A stretch of 12,402 nucleotides of DNA, taken from positions 1 to 12,402 of the forward strand of contig JAISHW010000067.1 of NCBI GenBank assembly GCA_031262365.1, read 5' to 3'. Numbering within the stretch: position 1 is the stretch's first letter; every line of letters starts with the position of its first letter. Both the position numbers and the translations under genes were made by a program. The DNA is from Lentimicrobiaceae bacterium (GTDB lineage: Bacteria > Bacteroidota > Bacteroidia > Bacteroidales > F082). This document shows, piece by piece, positions 7,913 through 12,402 of the stretch. The notes under the pieces are model-generated. The model saw only the letters and a list, made by a program, of their open reading frames with translations, searched no databases and had not been told where the DNA came from.

Positions 7913-9136
7913 TTATAATCCTGGAGGCGGAGGTGGTGGCACCGCTGCAAATAATGATTGTAATTCGATACACTCGCCTGCTTTTGTCCATTGTGCCATG
8001 CCTTGTTTCCAAACATAAGTATCGCGAATAAGTTTATTTTCGCTTACAAGTTGTTTGAGCTTTTCCATATCGAATGGTCCTTGCTGCGCGCCTTCAATAA
8101 GTACGTGAAAAACAAGCGTTGTTGGTGGAGGTGGTGGCGTTGCCCGATTGCTTCCTGTGTTTAAGTTTGAAGTAATACCTCCCATTTGTGCTCCGAAAGC
8201 ACCTCCAAGTCCAAATCCCATTCCCATTCCTATGCCGGCTCCCATCAAGTCTGAAGAGCCCGATCCTTCGTTTCCTGCTGCCGATTCCAGAACGTCGAAC
8301 GAGCGTTGTTCTTGGTAAGTATAGCCTTCAATATCGCGTTGCATTTTGTTGGCTTCGGCTTGTAAAATTTGAGCGACACTAATCGCTTGTTGTTCGTTGA
8401 TTTTAATAACACCTGGATCGTTATCAGGATAAGATATCGATTCGACATAGAAATTCGTAACTTCAATGCCGTAACGCTCAAACTCTTCGATTACACGATT
8501 TTTACAAACATTCGATATTTCGTCGACCATAGTCGGAATTTCGATGATCGAAATTTGTTTTTTGTTGATGTAATTCGAAATCGTATCAGTGGTTTTTGTG
8601 ATGATAAGCGAACGGAATTGTGCTTCTACATCATCAGTATCAGCGGCATGTAGCGTGCCAACAAGCTCTTTTACAAAAGTGTACGCGTCTTTTATCCGAA
8701 CGCCGTATTCACCGTAAGCACTGACCGGAATAAATATTTTCCATTTTGGATCAGGTAGTTTTATCGGCGTTGCCGTTCCCCATCCAAGATTACGTTTTAC
8801 GGTTTTGTTTACGTACCAAATTTCGGCTGTAAATGGTGTTTCTTTTCCAAATGTAAGGTTGACTATTCGTTGCAATAAAGGAAGGTTATTAGCCGATAGT
8901 GTGTGTGTTCCCGGTCCGAAAACGTCGCAAACAGCACCTCCTTTTACAAAAATAGCTTCTTGACTTTCGTTAACAATCAATTGTGCGCCAATAGAAATAT
9001 TGTCGTAAGGATATTTCCAGACAAGATCATCGGCATAACCATTGTATTTTATTCGATCAATAGTCGAATTACGTTCTTCTCCTTGACCATCAAAAGTACG
9101 TCCTTCATCAGGACGTTTTCTACTAAAAATTCCCAT
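7913..9136 (-). CDS. SPFH/Band-7 family protein of the Band_7_1 type, with a C-terminal Gly/Met-rich low-complexity linker and a poly-Pro-flanked DUF4339 (GYF-like) domain.
   Basis: The N-terminal ~250 aa closely follow the Band_7_1 pattern (...VWKYPYDNISIGAQLIVNESQEAIFVKGGAVCDVFGPGTHTLSANNLPLL... compare ...RFPRYNNEIKYGAKLTVRESQAAVFV..GQLADVFGPGMYELTTQNLPVL... of YdjI-like proteins). The C-terminus reads PPPPPTTLVFHVLIEGAQQGPFDMEKLKQLVSENKLIRDTYVWKQGMAQWTKAGE...PPPPPPGL, typical of DUF4339. The start codon is ATG. Confidence 0.85.
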   Translation of the reverse strand: MGIFSRKRPDEGRTFDGQGEERNSTIDRIKYNGYADDLVWKYPYDNISIGAQLIVNESQEAIFVKGGAVCDVFGPGTHTLSANNLPLLQRIVNLTFGKETPFTAEIWYVNKTVKRNLGWGTATPIKLPDPKWKIFIPVSAYGEYGVRIKDAYTFVKELVGTLHAADTDDVEAQFRSLIITKTTDTISNYINKKQISIIEIPTMVDEISNVCKNRVIEEFERYGIEVTNFYVESISYPDNDPGVIKINEQQAISVAQILQAEANKMQRDIEGYTYQEQRSFDVLESAAGNEGSGSSDLMGAGIGMGMGFGLGGAFGAQMGGITSNLNTGSNRATPPPPPTTLVFHVLIEGAQQGPFDMEKLKQLVSENKLIRDTYVWKQGMAQWTKAGECIELQSLFAAVPPPPPPGL

Positions 9137-9341
9137 AGTCGTTTATGTTAAGTTTATTATTTAGTACTATTTCGTGTGTCTTTTCATTGTAGAAATTAGA
9201 ACGTCATAAAACATAAGCTAAAGTAGTGAATAACTTTATTTGGTTACCTGCTTTTTTTAAAAAAAATTTATCCCCAAAAATTCGATGTAAAATGCTTCTT
9301 GCAAAAAATATATTGTATTGATAATGAAATGTTTTTTGCAA

Positions 9342-9363
9342 AAAACAAATATACTTTTGCGCA
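9342..9363 (-). promoter_or_regulatory. Candidate Bacteroidetes-type -7 box (minus-strand TAtaTTTG, plus 9356-9363) immediately followed by a perfect 14-bp palindrome TTTTTTGCAAAAAA (9342-9355). A second TTGCAAAAAA copy lies at 9299-9308. This is a putative promoter/operator for the SPFH block.
   Basis: This is the only CAAAnnTA match on the plus strand (that is, TAnnTTTG on the minus strand) in the 466-bp leader. The palindrome was read directly. No clear -33 TTTG element was seen, and the implied 5' UTR is ~210 nt, so the call is tentative. Confidence 0.25.
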
Positions 9364-9458
9364 AGTAAAAGCCGGTAATTATTCGCTGTTTTAATACGGT
9401 CTTTGTTCAACATGTTACTTTTTTGTCTCGTAATAGTGATGCCAAGCCGTTATCACGA

Positions 9459-9794
9459 TTACGAAACAAAAAACATACAAGAATATTGCCAAACTTTTTT
9501 GGTGTTAAAATCCAAAATACCAATGCGCAACCGAGAGGTAGATGATAGCTCCGATAATGTCGGAGTTCGACTTTTGTATTGATTCGAGATTATTAAAAAA
9601 TTTTAATAACTTTGTAAATTATCGTTTGTTTCGTCGTGGGCGGCAGTGTCGGCAAGCGTTATCGGCATTAAATCCGATTTTGCTTTTATGCGCAAATTAC
9701 CCGACTGATAAACTTCCATAATTTTTGCAACGGCGCAGATTGCTGCATTTACCGCCGTTGCAAACAATTTTTTAAGACTTTCATTCCCAAGCAT
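9459..9794 (-). pseudogene. cysQ: Decayed cysQ/inositol-monophosphatase-family gene (3'(2'),5'-bisphosphate nucleotidase-like). The N-terminal 63 codons are intact and are followed by an in-frame TAA and an indel-ridden continuation.
   Basis: The ORF 9603..9794 encodes ...AVAKIMEVYQSGNLRIKAKSDLMPITLADTAAH..., which matches the CysQ/IMPase N-terminus (A.DAIMQVY...K.D.SPVT.AD..AH). Reading on in the same frame past the TAA gives ...RTPTLSEL...RIGILDFNTKKVW..., which resembles CysQ ...RTLTPDVPVLSEE...WLVDPLDGTKEF... and ends in further stops. The rest of a ~260 aa gene is missing. Confidence 0.45.
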
Positions 9795-9895
9795 ATTTAT
9801 TTAAACTCACCGCTTCGCACTGTTATATGATTTTCATTTTGTCCGTAAGTTGCGCTACGCTCGCTTCCGGTTATTAAAATTTCGCCCTTTCAGGG

Positions 9896-11170
9896 CTACG
9901 AGTTCAATTCAAAATTCAAAATTTCTTCAAAGCTTGTGTCTATTCCGTTCAGATAGTCATAAAAGTTATATTTTACTTTGATTTGCGGCTTTATTGTATT
10001 CAAATTTTCGTCAATAAATTTGAAATATTTTGTTGAATATTGAACGTAAATTTTTGAATTCGGAAGAGAAAAACCGCGTACTTCGCCGTAATGATTTGGT
10101 TTTCCTGCCGTTTCCTCGCCAACGCTTATTGCTTCGGTTTCGCGTTCAAAATCCAAAGTATTGATAATTGCCGACGAAAATGTTGAACGTCCGATAATTA
10201 CAAACAACTTTCCTTTGCGATTTACTTTTTTGTTCTTTTTCAATTGCTGCACAAATTCTGTTCCCTGAGCCGACGAGCCGCCGCCATTGCTTCGCATATC
10301 AAAAATAAAGCGTTTAATTGGCTTTTGCTCAATAGTTTGAAATATTTTTTCGGTAAATTCATTGAACGAAGGCAATTTTGCCGCGCGTGCGCTGTCGCCG
10401 TTTTCAAGCATAATTTCGCGACTTATGCACGAATTGTACTGAACGTAATAAACCGAATCCGTTTCAGAATAATTGTCCCAAAATATTTTGTTGGGATTTT
10501 GCAAAAAAAGTGGAATAGTAACAGGTTTAACTTTAACATATTCAGATTTATCCACACTCTCATTTAATTCAAAAGTTTCTTCAATTTTGCGATTTTCCGA
10601 ATCGACAAAGGAAATTGTCAGAGAATTGGATTTTTCGGGAATAAAACCGAAGAATTTAAAAATATCCGAATAGCTTAAAAGCATAGGTATCAGCAATTTA
10701 TTCATTGCTTTATTATCCTGTACGATTAACGTTTTCAAACTGTCGATAACCTGAGCAATGGGAAAATTGTTGATTGACGATATTTTGCAGCCCAAAGCCG
10801 ATTTGTGTTTTTCGGCAACGGAAACAACAAAAATTCCATCATCGAAAACAGTTGCAGTCAATGGAATAGAGCTATCATTAATCTCCGCAAAAAAATTGCA
10901 GTTTGTATGCGAATCGCCGATTTTTGCAAATATTTTTTGCAAATCCAAGGCAAATTTCCAAGAATCAGAGCCGTAATTTTTTGCAGCAAGTGCGTTGAGT
11001 TCGCGATTAAACTCGGTTTCGGAAATTTTGAAGAAAAGATTTTTATGTTTTTTCGGCAAATTTTCTCGTAAAAACTCAATATCTTCAACGTGTTTTTCAT
11101 TCTCATTTTGCGCTGTACAGTTCATTGAAATCAAGCAGCAGCAAGCAATAATCATAATTAATTTCTTCAT
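9896..11170 (-). CDS. Secreted S41-family peptidase (C-terminal processing/tail-specific protease-like) with an N-terminal signal peptide.
   Basis: Signal-peptide-like MKKLIMIIACCCLISMNCTAQ. S41 motifs FIFDMRSNGGGS (the DxRxNxGG motif) and VIIGRSTFSSA (catalytic Ser region). 424 aa, ATG start. Confidence 0.75.
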   Translation of the reverse strand: MKKLIMIIACCCLISMNCTAQNENEKHVEDIEFLRENLPKKHKNLFFKISETEFNRELNALAAKNYGSDSWKFALDLQKIFAKIGDSHTNCNFFAEINDSSIPLTATVFDDGIFVVSVAEKHKSALGCKISSINNFPIAQVIDSLKTLIVQDNKAMNKLLIPMLLSYSDIFKFFGFIPEKSNSLTISFVDSENRKIEETFELNESVDKSEYVKVKPVTIPLFLQNPNKIFWDNYSETDSVYYVQYNSCISREIMLENGDSARAAKLPSFNEFTEKIFQTIEQKPIKRFIFDMRSNGGGSSAQGTEFVQQLKKNKKVNRKGKLFVIIGRSTFSSAIINTLDFERETEAISVGEETAGKPNHYGEVRGFSLPNSKIYVQYSTKYFKFIDENLNTIKPQIKVKYNFYDYLNGIDTSFEEILNFELNS

Positions 11171-11362
11171 ATTCTAAACTGTTAATTGTTCATACTATAC
11201 ATAGAACGTAAAAAAAACGAATTTGCTACATTTGGTTAATTCAGTAGTCAGTAATTATTATTTGTACGGACTACCGAATACTGATTACATTTTATTTCCG
11301 ACAAAACAATAAGCCATAAAAACATCGGAATCGCCGGCGACTTCTCGACCAAATAAAAAATT

Positions 11363-12230
11363 CTAAAAACTTTTCAAATCAATCCCACCAAAAAAAGCAA
11401 ATCCTTTGATTATAAGTATTTTGTCGTGATTTGGCGAAGTGCCGCCCTTGATCACACGGCTATCGTCATAGCCGCCGAAAATAGAAGTAACTTCCGATTT
11501 CACCGTCCAGTCGTCAGGAACGATCAGTGTGATACCTCCAAAAATTGCTGTATTGTCAAGAATTATGCCTCCTGAAGCAAGTTTCACATGATGCATGTTG
11601 ATGTTTATTCCACCAAAAATAGCCGTCAACTTTCCGCCTAAAAATCGATCGGAAAAAAGTTTGATTGTTTTTCCGCTAAAGACAACCGTTTCGTCTATGA
11701 AATTGCCCGAAAACATGTTTGCGTCGTTATATGATTGGTATTCGTCGCGCTCGAATTCCGTTTTTTCTTTTTTCTTTTGCGATTCATTTACTTCTTCATA
11801 ATCCGTAAATTCGTTTTCCGGTTGGTTATCGTTTTTTGGTTGTTCATTCGATTTTTGATCACCATATTTTTTAAAATCACGCCTACTATTCTGATCGACA
11901 GGCGATTTTCTTTTTGCAATCAACAAAATTCCGATAAAAATAAGAAGTGCCGGAAAGAAAATCTGACGAAAATGGATTCTGAAATTAAAAAACTCCGGAA
12001 GCCAAAAAAGAATTCCTGCGCCAATTAAAACCAATCCCGTTACTCTGTTGTTGGGATTTGCCACCACAACCAACCCGATGATAATGAGGATTGTCTTCCA
12101 TGAAAAGATGTAGTAACTTATATTAAATGTAAAGAAATCAAATAAATTCAAAAAATATAAGACTCCTATTCCGATAAAAATAAGACCAATAATGATTTTA
12201 CGATCCATCGATGTTTTTTCTATTGCCATG
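11363..12230 (-). CDS. LiaF-like protein: an N-terminal 4-TM domain of the LiaI-LiaF-TM type and a C-terminal toast-rack (DUF2154/DUF4097-like) domain with repeated IFGG strands.
   Basis: The C-terminal ~110 aa contain the reiterated motifs LTAIFGGININ / TAIFGGITLIV / TSIFGGYDD / FAFFGGIDL, characteristic of the LiaF C-terminal domain. The N-terminus has four hydrophobic helices. The track start at 12268 is a TTG; the first ATG (MAIEK) is at 12228-12230. Confidence 0.6.
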
Positions 12231-12402
12231 ATCAATTGTATGAAATGAATAACTTGTTTGAAGTGCAAAATTACATTAATTAAAGGGAACTTCTAAAAAT
12301 CCCAATCTCTGCGTTACGCTTCTTCAACAAAATGCTCATTTACGCCAAGTAAACTCCGCTTTTGTTTCAGTCGCAAGCCTTGATATTGAAATTTTTAGAA
12401 GT

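Noticed and set aside
7928-8138. Two copies of GGAGGTGGTGGC (7928-7939 and 8127-8138), which encode the two poly-Pro runs. They could be a substrate for recombinational deletion of the DUF4339 module.
   Set aside because: The spacing is 199 bp, which is not a multiple of 3, so recombination between them would frameshift rather than cleanly excise the domain. The repeat is a codon-level consequence of PPPPP.
9204-9413. 69 aa minus-strand ORF (MLNKDRIKTANNYRLL...) inside the AT-rich leader.
   Set aside because: It has a low-complexity, AT-driven composition, overlaps the putative promoter/operator, and shows no recognisable motif. It is most likely a spurious ORF in non-coding DNA.
9525-9580. 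A tRNA-like fragment? The sequence GGAGTTCGACTT resembles a T-loop (GTTCGAnTC), and an adjacent stem-loop TCCGAtaatgTCGGA is present.
   Set aside because: The T-stem cannot pair (the 3' side is TTTTG), the loop sizes are wrong (a 5-nt 'anticodon' loop), and there is no acceptor stem. It is not a tRNA or a convincing tRNA remnant.

Overview
This 12.4 kb window is AT-rich and looks like Bacteroidota: there are no obvious Shine-Dalgarno sites, one Bacteroidetes-type TAnnTTTG promoter box is present, and one protein carries a DUF4339 domain fused by poly-Pro linkers. Every supportable gene is on the minus strand. From low to high coordinates: (1) a housekeeping block made of a ~500 aa glutamine synthetase (GS), an Mrp/ApbC Fe-S carrier ATPase, an alpha/beta hydrolase, and a perfect 24-bp hairpin terminator; (2) a tightly packed four-gene block (9136 down to 4060) led by an SPFH (Band_7_1-type) protein with a C-terminal Gly/Met-rich, poly-Pro and DUF4339 tail, followed by a 4-TM/coiled-coil protein that is translationally coupled by a TAAATG junction, then a 601 aa protein combining a zinc ribbon, TPR, a poly-Asp/Glu tract and two TM segments, then a 397 aa Lys-rich coiled-coil/multi-TM protein; (3) a 466-bp AT-rich leader that contains a perfect TTTTTTGCAAAAAA palindrome over the putative transcription start, plus the decayed remnant of a cysQ/IMPase-family gene; (4) a secreted S41-family peptidase and a LiaF-like protein with four TM segments and a toast-rack domain. 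The four-gene SPFH/zinc-ribbon/membrane block is the most interesting object. I read it as an undescribed membrane/envelope-stress-type module, architecturally reminiscent of the Bacillus PspA-associated ydjGHI genes, although no PspA is present here. All functional assignments rest on motifs I recognised by eye in the translations. No database search was run.
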